Source: Malacoraja senta
Taxonomy: Eukaryota
NCBI GenBank assembly: GCA_038087875.1
Contig: CM076000.1
Coordinates: 744,001 to 808,000 of the forward strand
Length of the DNA stretch: 64,000 bases
Reading direction: 5' to 3'
In this document: positions 25,255 through 37,460 of the stretch, one piece after another
Numbering within the stretch: position 1 is the first letter of the stretch
How the letters are laid out: every line of letters begins with the position of its first letter
Notes under the pieces: generated by a model
Database searches by the model: none
Told to the model about the DNA's origin: nothing
Seen by the model: only the letters and a program-made list of their open reading frames with translations
Made by a program: the position numbers and the translations under genes

Positions 25255-25530
25255 TTGTTTAGTTTAGTTTAGAGATACAGCGCGGAAACAGGCCTTTCGG
25301 CCCACTCGGTCCGCGCCGACCATTGATCCCCGCACATTAACACTATCCTACACCCACAAGGGACGATTTTTACATTTACCAAGCCAATTAACCTACAAAC
25401 CTGTACGTCTTTGGAGTGTGGGAGGAAACTGAAGATCTCGAAGAAAACCCACGCAGGTCACGGGGAGAATGTACTAACTCCGTACAGACAGCACCCGTAA
25501 TCGGGATCGAACCCAGGTCTCCGGCGCTGT
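25255..25530 (-). mobile_element. HE1/V-SINE
   Basis: (tttag)n tail plus reverse HE1 body. Confidence 0.85.
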
Positions 25531-25644
25531 TGCTTTGCAATTTATTCTTGCTTGTGCCCGTTAACTAATCATTGATTTATTTGCCATTTACTACACAAAA
25601 GGCTAATTTGCAGTAGCAAGAGAGAATGCCGATGGAGTTCAAGG

Positions 25645-26600
25645 TCATAGAATGCACTTTGGTCCGCAATGTCTGTGCCAAACACGATGCCAAATTAAAC
25701 TAATCCCATCTGCCTGCATGTGATCCATATCTCTCCATTCCCTGCCCATACATGTGCCTATCCGAAAGCTTCTTAAACACCACTTTTGTATCTGTTCCAC
25801 CATCACCACTGATAGATATCCTGTTCCAGACACCAACCACTGTGTAAAAAAACTTGCCCTGCACATCTCCTTTAAACTTTTCACCTCTAACTTTAAAGCT
25901 ATGCCTTAAAGCAGTGCCTTTCCACTCTGGGAAAGACGATTCTGGTTATCTATCCAGGCTAAGCCTCTCATAACTTTATAAACTTCTTTCAGGTCTCCCC
26001 TCAGCTTCCGATGCTCCAGGGAAAACAATGCAAATATATTCAACTTCTTATAACTGATACCCTCTAATCCAGGCAGCAACCTGGTAAACCTTTTCTGCAC
26101 CCTCTCCAAAGCCTTCACATCCTTACTGAAATGTGATAACCGGAACTGCGTACAATATTCCAAACGTGGCTTAACCAGAAGTTTTACAAAGCCGTAACAT
26201 GACTTCTTGACTCCTATGCTCAATGCTCTGATCGATGAAGGCAAGCGAACAATATGGGTTCTTTACCATTCCATCTACTTGTGTTGCTACTTTCAGGGAG
26301 CTATGAACTTGGACCTGAAGATTCCTCTATATATCAGTGTGGTTAGGGATCCTGCCATTAACTGTATAATTTCCCCTTATGTTTGACAATAGACAATAGG
26401 TGTATGTCCTCCCAATGTGTAACATCTCACACTTGCCTGCATCAAATTAATTTGCCACTCCTCTGCTTATATCTGTACCTGAACAATATCTTACAGTATC
26501 CCTTGACAGCCTTCTTCACTCCCTGCAACTCTATCAATCTTTTTATCATCTGTAAAGTTATCAACCAGCCCATCTACATTTTCGTCCAGGTCATTTATAT
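25645..26600 (-). mobile_element. CR1/HER1 LINE 3' fragment
   Basis: LVKPRLEYCTQF...ALERVQKRFTRLLPGL...FSLEHRKLRGDL; YINDLD..FTDDKKI. Confidence 0.9.
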
Positions 26601-26744
26601 ATAAATATATACACACACACATATACACATACATACATATAATACACATACATATAATAAATACGTTGTCAATGCCAATACACAAATAGAAAACAAAATG
26701 TACAAATTTAGCAGATTATCAGAGGCAAATCATGTTGAACATAC

Positions 26745-26801
26745 CCAATCCCTCCATCCATCCTCTTTGCCGGCACGTTTCCTCCATCCGCCACGGCTCA
26801 T
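26745..26801 (-). CDS. REV1: REV1 first coding exon (exon 2; full exon 26745-26811 with 10 nt of 5' UTR)
   Basis: Translates MSRGGWRKRAGKEDGWRDW, matching the vertebrate REV1 N-terminus. Acceptor ctcag before 26811, donor GTATGT at 26744, phase 0. Confidence 0.93.
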
Positions 26802-28984
26802 AGTAGGTTCTCTGAGATTTAATTTCACATTGGTGATTTTTGAGAATAATGTCTAAACTTGACATATGTGAAAATAGAATGCAAGGCCAAATACAATTAA
26901 TCACATCAAAAAGTTAGTAACAAAAGCAACATTAGAACTGCACGACTTCAAATGTGCCATCAAAGCTGCGATTGTTAATTCATATGGAAACAATGTTCAC
27001 TAAATCCAAAAGATAAATCCAACTTTCATTACACAAGCATCATTAGATGCTTCAGTAAAACAGCATTCCATAAGTATAGAAATTTGTTTTGTAAAAATTA
27101 AAATCTCTACTGAAAACAGAAAATCCTCAAAATTTGCTTCAATATATCAACATCCAAGGTGAAAACGCTATTATTTTGGTTATAACTTCACCCCTCTCCA
27201 TGCCAGGAATACATTACAGCAAAGAACATATTCTTGTGACATAATCTGCTCAAATCCTGAAGGACTCTGATTAACGATAAATCTTTTTTTTAGTTCTGAA
27301 TAGTACCTATAAAATACACAGGAGAAGCAAAGAATTATTTAAGAGCCTCAGAAGGGAGCAAAACATCTGCAGAACTTGTGCGACAAGAATACTCCAAGGG
27401 TTTGGTGGATGGATGGTGACAGGAAGCAGCTTTGAGCTGGAACTTCAAAATTATAATTCAGTTTTAAAAATACTAGCTCCTATTTCTCAAAATGCAAATT
27501 ATAGTGTTGTACTCTCTCTTAATTTATCTGTTGGGAGATGCAACCGTTCCTATTTTTGTTACTGCCATTATTGAGACTGCTCTCCTTTTTTGAATGTACA
27601 GCAACAATAGTGAAGTATTTCTGCAATGTAATGGTGAAACCTTGTGATCAAGAGAAAGAAAGGGCTTTACTCACAGTATTTTAATAACCCTGCACTTAAC
27701 ATTATTCTTCCTGCAAAAAAATGTCTGATTCCACAATTTGTTGCTCCCTGCTCCCATACTGCCTCATGGTAATCAGTAAGACTATACTGTTTAATCAATT
27801 CCAGTGCTCTGTAAACCTCATTAAGATTGCCCTTGCAGCATTCATCACTTCAGCACAGTGGGTGGATGTGTTGGGATATTAACAATGCTGCAATTGAAAA
27901 TATTTTATTTTCCTGATTCTGTATATCCATTCAACTCAATGTGCAATTAAGAAATCATTGTCTCGTATGGAACATCAGGATGTGCTTTCCAACCTTCCTT
28001 ACAAGGCATAATTTATGAGTTGCATTTACACCCGTAGACTGGCAAAAGCTACAATTATTCAAGTAAAAAGCACAGGGCAAGCCACTGAAAAATTGTTACA
28101 AACAACACCAAAAGAAAATTGAGAGGTTGCATATACTTTTTCATGCAGGTCGGCTTCTTAAAGGTTCTACCCGAATCATCTAATCCAATAAACATATATT
28201 TTCTTTCAATAATTAGCATGCCAAAACAAAACATAATCTGGGATGTCACCGAGTCACACATTGTAAAACAAGTTTGAAGGATTGCTTTGCATGAGTACCA
28301 ACCAACTGGAACTGTCCAAATAACAGCACATCTTAAGATAGAGGAAGAACAAAGAAAGCATACAAAAGAAAGACAGAAAGAATGGTGACATTTATTTATA
28401 GTTGGTTTTAAGATATCCCAGAAAGCTTCATAATTCAGCCCTGAGACCATTTACACTACCCGCACGTGCCCTGCCTGATTGTGGCCACCAAATCTTCCTT
28501 CACCTGAAGAAGCCTAGCGTAGTATAAAGGGTGAATATCTTCAGTCTGAAACATTCTAGACTTCAGAGGCGTGGCCTGAAGCCCTGACCCAAAATATCCT
28601 TTGATAATTTTGACAGCTTGTAAAGTTCCACATTGGTTTTGCCAGTATTTTTAATTGTTTTTCAAAACATTGAAAGATTATCTTTAAAATATTATTCAAA
28701 TGAAAAGTTTAACTAAAAATATATTAAGATATAATAAATGCTATACCTAAAAACTTAAAATTTAAACATTAAACAAATTAGTGTGTTGAGTAAAGAATTT
28801 ATCTTCCACTTTTCTTTAGTCTTTCAATTCTCAGTGCATTGCTCGCTCAGCCGTCTAATAAGATCATGGCTGATCTGAATTAACCCTAACATTACATTCC
28901 TGCACTGCTGTTAACTAGACTAGAGATACAAGCGTGGAAATAGTCCCTTTGGAAAACCGTGTCTGTGCCAACCAACATATAAAA

Positions 28985-29630
28985 ATAGGTGCAGGAGTAG
29001 GCCATTCGGCCCTTCGAGCCACCTGCTTTTCCCCCCATATCCTTTGATTCCTTTGCCCTAAGAGCTAAATCTAACTCTCTCTTGAAAGCATCCAGTGAAT
29101 TGGCCTCCAACGGCCTTCTGTGGCAGTGAATTCCACAAATTCACAACTCTCTGGGTGAATAAGTTTTTCCTCCTCTCAGTCCTAAATGACCTAACTGGTT
29201 CTGGACTCCCCCAACATCGGGAACATTTTTATTGCATCTAGCCTGTTCAGTCCATTAAGAATTTTATATAAGATTCCCTCTCATCCTTCTAAATTCCAGT
29301 GAATACAAGCCCAATCGACCCATTCTTTCATCATATGTCTGTCCTGCCATCCCGGGAATTAACTTGGGGATTCTATGCTGCACTCCCTCAATAGCAATAA
29401 TGTCATTCCTCAAATTAGGAGACCAAAATTGCACACAATACTCCAGGTGCAGTCTCACCAGGGCCCTGTACAACTGCAGTTGGACCTCCTTGCTCCTAAC
29501 CTCAAATCCTCTCGCAATGAAGGCCAACATGCCATCAGCTTTCTTCACTGCCTGCTGTACATGCATGCTTACTTTCAGTGACTGATGTACAAGCACACAC
29601 AGATCTCATTGCACCTCCCCTTTTCCTAAT
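28985..29630 (-). mobile_element. CR1/HER1 LINE 3' fragment
   Basis: AVKKADGMLAFI...LYRALVRLHLEYCVQFWSP. Confidence 0.9.
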
Positions 29631-29634
29631 CTAC

Positions 29635-29868
29635 GATCACCCAGTACACGATCCTACATACCAGGGATAATTTTTTTTTCAGAAGTCAATTAACTACAAA
29701 CCTGTACGTCTTTGGAGTGTGGAAGGAAACCGGCGCACCCAGAGGAAACCCACATAGTCACAGGGAGAATGTACAATCCATACAGTTCATACAGCACCCT
29801 TAGTCAGAATCAAACCCCAAATCTCTTGCGCTTCATGGCAGCAACTCTACCGCTGCGTCATTGTGTCG
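29635..29868 (-). mobile_element. HE1/V-SINE
   Basis: Reverse match to HE1 copies. Confidence 0.75.
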
Positions 29869-31975
29869 CTACGGTAACCTTTCATCACTCGCTTAATCAG
29901 GTATCAATTAAAGACTCAGATTGCACCCCTCCCCCCACTTTTGAGGAAAAGAGTTCCAATGACTCGACCTTCTGAAAAAACAATCCCCCTCATGTGTCTT
30001 AAATGGGTGACTTATTTTATACAGTAAGCCCCAAGTTCTAGATTCTCCCAGAAGAGGAACTGTCCTCTCCATTAATCTTCAAGAGATTCAAGATTTCCTT
30101 TATTGTCATTCAGACCTTTCGGTCTGAACGAAATTGTGATGCCTGCAGTCACACACAGAACCAATAATAACAAAACATACAATAAACACAAATTAAACAT
30201 CCACCACAGTGAGTTCACCAAGCACATCCTCACTGTGATGGAGGCAAAGTCTTAGTCTCCGTCTCTTCCCTCCTTATTCTCCCTCTGCGCTGAGGCGATC
30301 GATCCAGGCCGAAGATGCCGCCCTCCAGTCCAGCGGACCTCGTGGTGATGCAGAGGACCTCCGTTCCTATCAAGAAGCCTCAAGATCCTACATGTTCCTT
30401 TTCACTCTTCTAAATCCCAGTGTATATTAGCCTATCATGTCCATACCCTTAATTCACAAGGTAACCCATCCGTTCCAAGTATCAGTAAACCTTCCCTGAA
30501 TTTCTTCCAACACATTAACATCCACCCTGAACAGAAAGATCGAAGCTGAACACAATATTCCTGTGCATCAATAGCTCAAATTGAACAATTATATTCTGCT
30601 ATCCTTTCAAATGACTTGCTGCACTTGCAAAGCGGTCTTTTACAAATCATGGATTAGGTGACCTCAGGTCCTCTGCATCCCAGCATCCTGACTGATGACA
30701 TTCACTTCTGCTCAGCACGGATCACAACATTTGACTGTCAATACATGGCAGTACATGCATTTAAACAGTTATATGCTGATTCCATTTTAATATATATTAG
30801 TAAAATCTGGATTAAACATTCAACATAATCTTTGCAAGCCTCCTGAATTCAGTGCTCTACAAAGTCCATTGAATTACAAACAGTTGGGACCTGCAATGCT
30901 AACCATAGTGGAGCATTGCACTCCTTTCCCACATGAGTTGGAGATCAAGTTGATCCAACGAAAGAATGCATACATATTACCACTCCACATAACACCTCTA
31001 ATATTAACCAGCAATGGACAAATATAGTTCATAAGTTATAGGAACAGAATTAGGCCATTCGGCCCATCAAGTCTACTCTGTCATTCAAACATGACTTTCC
31101 CTCTCAAACATGGCTTTCCCTCTTAACCCCATTCTGCCTTCTCCCCACAGCCCCTGATGCCTGTACTAATCAAGAATCTGTCAATCTCTGTGTTAAAAAT
31201 ATCCATTAACGATCTCCACGGCCTTCTGTGGCAAGATATCATGGCTGGAGCAGTCTCTCAGACCAACATTTGGAAATATGACTGGGGGGAGAGTAGGGGG
31301 TGGGTAGCACTGTACACAACTGCCAATTCTTGTTGAGGCTTCTTGTAGAGTTGACCTGCAACTTTTAAACATTAACACAACAATAGGTGGCCAAAAGTAA
31401 AGTAATTAAAGGACTAGACCTTACATCACCCATAGCATTTAAGGCAGCAGCAAATTAACAAACAGATTAATGTGTAATGGGTAAACCATTACACATGATA
31501 GCTGAAGCCTTCTGCACAGCGAGTGTGAGCAATAACAACAAAAATGAGCTTACTTATGAAACTTATCATTGTGGCAGAATCCAAATCTTTATCTGCAACT
31601 CTGCTCCATGCAGTTAGGGGAGTGATGAGTATCAGTAACCCATGTGTCATGTGCTCAGGTGGTCGTGTCCCCTGGTTTGGATCTAGCCCCAGGGGGAGGG
31701 TCACACAGTGGGTATCACAAACAAAAACCTCTTATACTGCAACCTCTCCTACTATCTCCAAGCTACACTTGTATATCATTATCATCCATAATATCCCATC
31801 GCTCAGAGGGACAGCAAAACACCTACAAGTTTCCAGCTTAACTGAGAAATTTATGTTATTTCATGCACATACAAGATATTTGAGATATTTCATGCACATA
31901 CAAGATAGTAAGAGTTGTGGTTTACGAAAGAAACATCATTGCCAATCCCTCCAAGCTCACTTATTCATATTAATG

Positions 31976-32139
31976 GTAGACAAAAATGCTGGAGAAACTC
32001 AGCGGGTGAGGCAGCATCTATGGAGCGATGGAAATAATAAATATTTCCTTCACTCCATAGATGCTGCCTCACCCGCTGAGTTTCTCCAGCATTTTTGTCT
32101 ACCTTCGATTTTCCAGCTTCTGCAGTTCTTTCTTAAACA
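31976..32139. mobile_element. Penelope-tail fold-back (hairpin) insertion
   Basis: About 60-bp inverted repeat of the PLE tail; 15-bp TSD ttattcatattaatg at 31961-31975 and 32140-32154. Confidence 0.85.
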
Positions 32140-32385
32140 TTATTCATATTAATGTTATTGATGCGCGCATTAGAATTCAAGGAAGATTTTTTTAAGGTGT
32201 GTAGTCTCAAAGCACAATGTTGTGTGGTAAAAATACAAGCTGTCAGGCAAAACATCAGTTGGTAACAAGAAATGTTTATATGCCAAAAATTGCATATGAA
32301 TGTACAAACACTTGGCTCCTCTCATTTGCCAGGATAGGTATGACTTGTCAGTCCATAATTACAGGACACATGTAATTTCTTAGCT

Positions 32386-32740
32386 TGTGTAGGAAAGAAC
32401 TGCAGATGCTGGTTTAAATCGAAGGTAGACACAAAATGCTGGAGTAACTCAGCGGGACAAGCAGCATCTCTGGAGAGAAGGAGTGGGTGACGATAAGTGG
32501 TTATAATGATGCTGCCTGTCTCGCTGAGTTACTCCAGCATTTTGCGTCTAATTTCTCAGCTCGCAAGGAACTGCAGATGCTGGAATCTTGAGCAAAACAC
32601 AAAGTGCTGGAGGTACTCAGCGGGTGAGGTGTAAATTGTGATGTGAAGAAGGATCCCGACCCAAAACGTCACCTGTCCATTCCTTCCATGAATGCTGCCT
32701 GACTAGCTGAGTTCCTCCAGCACTTTGTGTTCTACACGTT
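32386..32740. mobile_element. Two adjacent Penelope-tail fold-back insertions
   Basis: Each has an aaggaactgcagatgctgg head and an inverted tail; target-like taatttct(t/c)agc repeated at 32373, 32549 and 32741. Confidence 0.75.
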
Positions 32741-33179
32741 TAATTTCTAGCAGTTTATTCCACTCTCCAATATTACCAATAATGCTTTGCTAAATTCTTC
32801 AAAAAGCACTGCGTCATATATTTTCCTATCCATACAAAAACTTTGTTTGCTATAAAGTAGCAAGGTTTGAACATCATTGCCATCACTCTATTGCTCTATC
32901 AACCCAGCACCACCACTCTACACCTGTCCCAAAACCAAATTTCAAAATACCATGGAACTACTTCTAAGACCAAAAAGGACACATTATTCAAGGATTTTGT
33001 AGATGTAACTGGTTTCATTTGGTTTATTATTGTCACGTGTACCGAGGTACAGTGGAAAGTTTTTGTTTGCGTGCCTTCCAGAAAAGACTATACATGGTTA
33101 AAATCAAGCTGTCCACAGTGTACAGATAAAGGGTACAACATTTAGCACGATGAAATCTGTTTAAAGATAGTTCAAAGGT

Positions 33180-33743
33180 AGACAAAAATGCTAGAGAAAC
33201 TCGTGTGAGGCAGCATCTATGGAGCGAATGAAATAGGCAACGTTTTGGGTCGAGACCTTCTTCAGACTGATGTGGGGGTGGGGGGGCGGGAAGAAGAAAG
33301 GAAGAGGCGGAGACAGTGGGCTGCGAGGGAGCTGGGAAGGGGAGGGGAAAGCAGGGACAAGCAGGGACTACCTAAAATTGGAGAAGTCAATGTTCATACC
33401 GCTGGGGTGTAAACTACCCAAGCAAAATATGAGGTGTTGCTCCTCCAATTTACAGTGGGCCTCACTCTGGCCATGGAGGAGGCCCAGGGCAGAAAGGCCG
33501 GATTCGGAATGGGAGGGGATGTTGAAGTGCTGAGCCACCGGGAGATCAGGTTGGTTATTGCGAACTGAGCGGAGGTGTTGGGGGAAGCGATCGCCAAGCC
33601 TACGCTTGGTCTCACCGATGTAGAGCAGCTGACACCTAGAGCAGCAGATGCAATAGATGAGGTTGGAGGAGGTGCAGGTGAACCTCTGCCGCACCTGGAA
33701 AGAAAACCTTCGATTTTCCAGCATCTGCAGTTCCTTCCTAAAC
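33180..33743 (-). mobile_element. Penelope-like element 3' fragment encoding GIY-YIG endonuclease
   Basis: FTCTSSNLIYCICCSRCQLLYIGETKRRLGDRF..H...PVAQHFN...EQHLIF.LGSLHPSGMN; 17-bp TSD aaagatagttcaaaggt at 33163-33179 and 33744-33760. Confidence 0.92.
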
Positions 33744-35924
33744 AAAGATAGTTCAAAGGTCTCCAATGGGGTAGAGGGGAAGTCAGGACTGCACTCTATT
33801 TGATGAGAGAACCGTTCAGTTGCCCGATTATAGCTGGGAAGAAACTGTCCCTCAATCTGGATGTATGCATTTTCAAACTTCTACACCTCTTGCCTGCTGA
33901 GAGAAGAGGGAGTGGCCACCAGCATGAGATTACTCCTTGATTATGCTGGTGGCCTTGCCGAGGCAGCGTGAAGTGTAGATGAAGCCAATGGAAGGGTAGA
34001 TCCCTCTCCAGTGTCTAGAAATACCTGCAGAAGGTAGTCCATGTTTGAGGTGAGGTTTGAAGGAGGAGGCACTGCTGCTTGGTTGACTGTGGCCTTGGGT
34101 TTACATCTTGACCTCTGTGTCTTTGATCCTTCAGAAGGTCAAAGTTTGTATTGGCACACTGAGATTATGGTTGATTTGATAACTGATGTCTGCCTTCATT
34201 GAGTGGTGGGCGATATAATGGAACTAATTAACCTTTTTTGTGGGGTCTCTTTGTGGACCTTTATCGTCAGGGATTGCAAGGCAAATGGGTAAGTACCTTT
34301 GTTTTGCATATTTTTTGTATATGATCCATTTTCACATTCATTTCAATTAACCAAGTCAACAAAGATCTGGCACTCAGCATCTGAATGCATCAGCTGTGTT
34401 GGCCAAGTTTATCATGACCTTGGATCCAGAGTGGAAGTTATGCAGGTTCAACAGATTCCCACTAGTTTTGTAATTTAGCTTTATGCTAGTGAGAAGATTG
34501 TTGGATTGGAATGATGACATGACCTTGCTTTTCCTTTGACTGCACAGGGACCCAGTCTGAGAGGATCCACTGGTCAGAATCACAGCTGCATGCTGTCAGG
34601 TAATAGATATGAAGCAGATGAATTTCTACGGTCATTTGAAGAGGGATCACCACAATTAGTTTCTATTAAGAGTCAAATACTCCTTTAAGATCAATAATGG
34701 TCACACATAATCCTCCCTGCACATTTCTTGGAGCTGTCATTCAGTGAAGATCATGGCCACATGCCTCTTGCTGGAAGGAATCTTCAGTGTAACTCACAGA
34801 GCAACTCAATAGCCATGGGTAGGTGCTGATTGAAGAGGACCCTGGCAATAAACATCCCTACAGCAGACAGCAGGGACATCCTTCTGCAATTAGTGCGATC
34901 AGATTTGCTGCCTTCGCTGCCCAAAACATCATCTATCCATGTTCTCCAGAAATGCTGCCCGACCCACTGATTACTTCAGCATTATTTGTCTTTTTATTAA
35001 AGTAATAATAAAGTAGGTTGACAGGAATCAAGGGGAAATGGACACGCTAACAGCCGCAAAATATCACTGCAGTGGTTCTTCAAGAACACCTCTTGGGTTT
35101 ATCACATCCAAATATTAGGGACAAAATAGCTGAACGTCTTAATTTGACACACTTTTTCCTAATAATTAAAAAAATGTACTCTCAGATTATAAGGCACCCT
35201 CAAGATTATTGAAGAAAAGCCAGTGCTTGTTACGTTTTACTTTAATTTTCTACCATGCCTTTACTTGGGGTAAATGAACAACCACAAATAGATTTCTGAG
35301 GCTACATTTTCTTTACATAATGAAGATATCTGCCTAGAAATTGCTCACTAAATCTGGTATTTGACAAATCTGATTACCATCTAAATTCGCAATAGGTTTT
35401 TTGATCGGCTACTATCCATGTATTAAAATAAATCTGACTGCTTCTTGGTAACACACTAATGTGCAAATATCACAGATTAAAGAGAAAGTGTGCTGGCAGA
35501 TTGGAGATAAAGGGTTCTCATAACTTAAAACGGAATCAGAATGGTTTGGCATATGAGGATTCACCTCATCAAGCACACACTGGTTCTTTGCAGAGCTATC
35601 CACCTAGTCCCAATTCCCTCTATTTACCAAGAGCCATGAAAATAAGTTTATTTCAAGTACCTTTCTAGTCACCTTAAGAAAACCATAATTGATTCTGTAG
35701 GGGCAGTGAAAACATTGTGCACTCAAGATCATAACAATGCTGCATAAAATTGTTTTCTTTATAACCACTCTCCCTTAACATTTTAAATGTTTGAATAGTG
35801 TTATAATGCAGAAACAGGCCCTTTGGCCCAACATGGTCTAACCATCTAATCCCATTTTGAAAATGTACATCACTATCATAGAATGTTCACATCACAATGA
35901 AATATCAGAATGAAAAAGCACCCC

Positions 35925-36560
35925 CCCCCTTCAAACCCCCCTACCTGCATTCCCCCCTCCTCCCGCACACCCCTCCTCTGCACCAACTCCACCTCCACTC
36001 CTCCTGCACATACTCCCCCTTGCACAACCCTTCTTACACCCTTCCTACTGTATCTACACCCCCTCCACTCACACCCCCCTCATCTTACTGCACCTCCACC
36101 CCCTCCCTCTGTACCTACTCCTCCTGCATTTACACCTCCCCCCACACCCACTCCTTCTAGACCCTCCCTCATCCAACTACACCTACTCCCCCTCCACTTC
36201 TCCTACACCCCCTCCTCCTCCTACACTCTCTCCACCCCTCCTACACCCCACCCCCTCCAATCCTCCTACATCCCCCTCCACTCCCCCTACACTCCTCCTC
36301 CACATACACCCCCTCCAGTCCACCTACACCCCCCTCCAGTCCTCCTCCACCCCCTCCACTCCTCCTCCACCCCCCTCCACTCCTCCTCCACCCCCCTCCA
36401 CTCCTCCTCCACCCCCCTCCACTCCTCCTCCACCCCCCTCCAGTCCTCCTCCACCCCCTTCCAGTCCTCCTCCACCCCCCTCCACTCTTCCTGCACTCCT
36501 CCTCCACCTACACCCCCCTCCAGTCCTCCTCCACCTACATTCCCTCCACTCCTCCTCCTG
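35925..36560. repeat. C-rich (plus) / G-rich (minus) low-complexity tract with 21-bp tandem units
   Basis: Repeats of ctccacccccctccactcctc at about 36335-36490, degenerating outward. Confidence 0.9.
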
Positions 36561-37460
36561 CGCCTCCAAACACCGCCCCGCCGTGAGCCCGGGGCAGGGC
36601 GGGGCGGTGACCCGGGACCCGTCTACCCGAGCGCAGCAGACTGGGTGAGACTCGGGTCTCCCGGGGTCAGTGTCGGCGCTGCCCGGCCTGCCGGGGGGGG
36701 GGGAGCCCGGGCTGCGGCCCAGAGACGTCCCCGGGGGAGGAGGCGCCGCCTGTTGTGTCTGCGGCCGGGCGGCCGGGCGGCCGGGCCCCGGGCTGGCGGT
36801 CACGTAGCCGGCGAGCTCTCACCTCACCTCACCTCACGGCCCCGCACTCATCGCCAGGCCCAGCCACCGGCGGCCCTCCGTCCCCTCGCCCCGCCTGTCG
36901 CCCGGCGCCGTCGCTCAGTCTGGTCTCCGAGCCCGCGCCTCCCCCATTCCCGGCACCGACGCCGCGCTCCCTCCGACCCCGTCTCTGTCTCCGACGCGTC
37001 TCCACCCCGCAGCGGCACCTGGCGGTCCGATCCCGCCATTGCAGCCCACCACAGCGGCACCTGGCGGTCCCACCCCGCCGCTGCAGCCCACCACAGCGGC
37101 ATCTGGCGGTCCCACCCCGCCACTGCAGCCCACCACAGCGGTACCTGGCGGTCCCACCCCGCCACTGCAGCCCACCACAGCGGCACCTGGCGGTCCCACC
37201 CCGCCACTGCAGCCCACCACAGCGGTACCTGGCGGTCCCACCCCGCCACTGCAGCCCACCACAGCGGCACCTAGCGGTCCCACTCCGGCACTGCAGCCCA
37301 CCACAGCGGCACTTGGCGGGCAGCTCTCGCAACTGCAGCCCGCAGCAGCGACACCTGGCGGTCGGACCGCAACTGCAGCCCACCACAGCGGCATCTGGCG
37401 GTCACAAGTCGCAATTGTAACGGACACAGCGCCAACGGGCGGCGATGCGCTGCAACTACG
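36560..37460 (-). promoter_or_regulatory. CpG island: probable REV1 promoter and first exon (donor cluster 36818-36837)
   Basis: The only strongly GC/CpG-rich non-TE block upstream of REV1 exon 2; minus-strand GTGAG donors lie inside it. TSS not determinable. Confidence 0.75.
37010..37420. repeat. 42-bp GC-rich minisatellite, about 10 units
   Basis: Unit cagcggcacctggcggtcccaccccgccactgcagcccacca starts at 37010, 37052, 37094, 37136, 37178, 37220, 37262, 37304, 37346, 37386. Confidence 0.95.

Noticed and set aside
37010..37420. CRISPR-like array
   Set aside because: Head-to-tail identical units with no unique spacers, eukaryotic context and no cas genes; it is a minisatellite.
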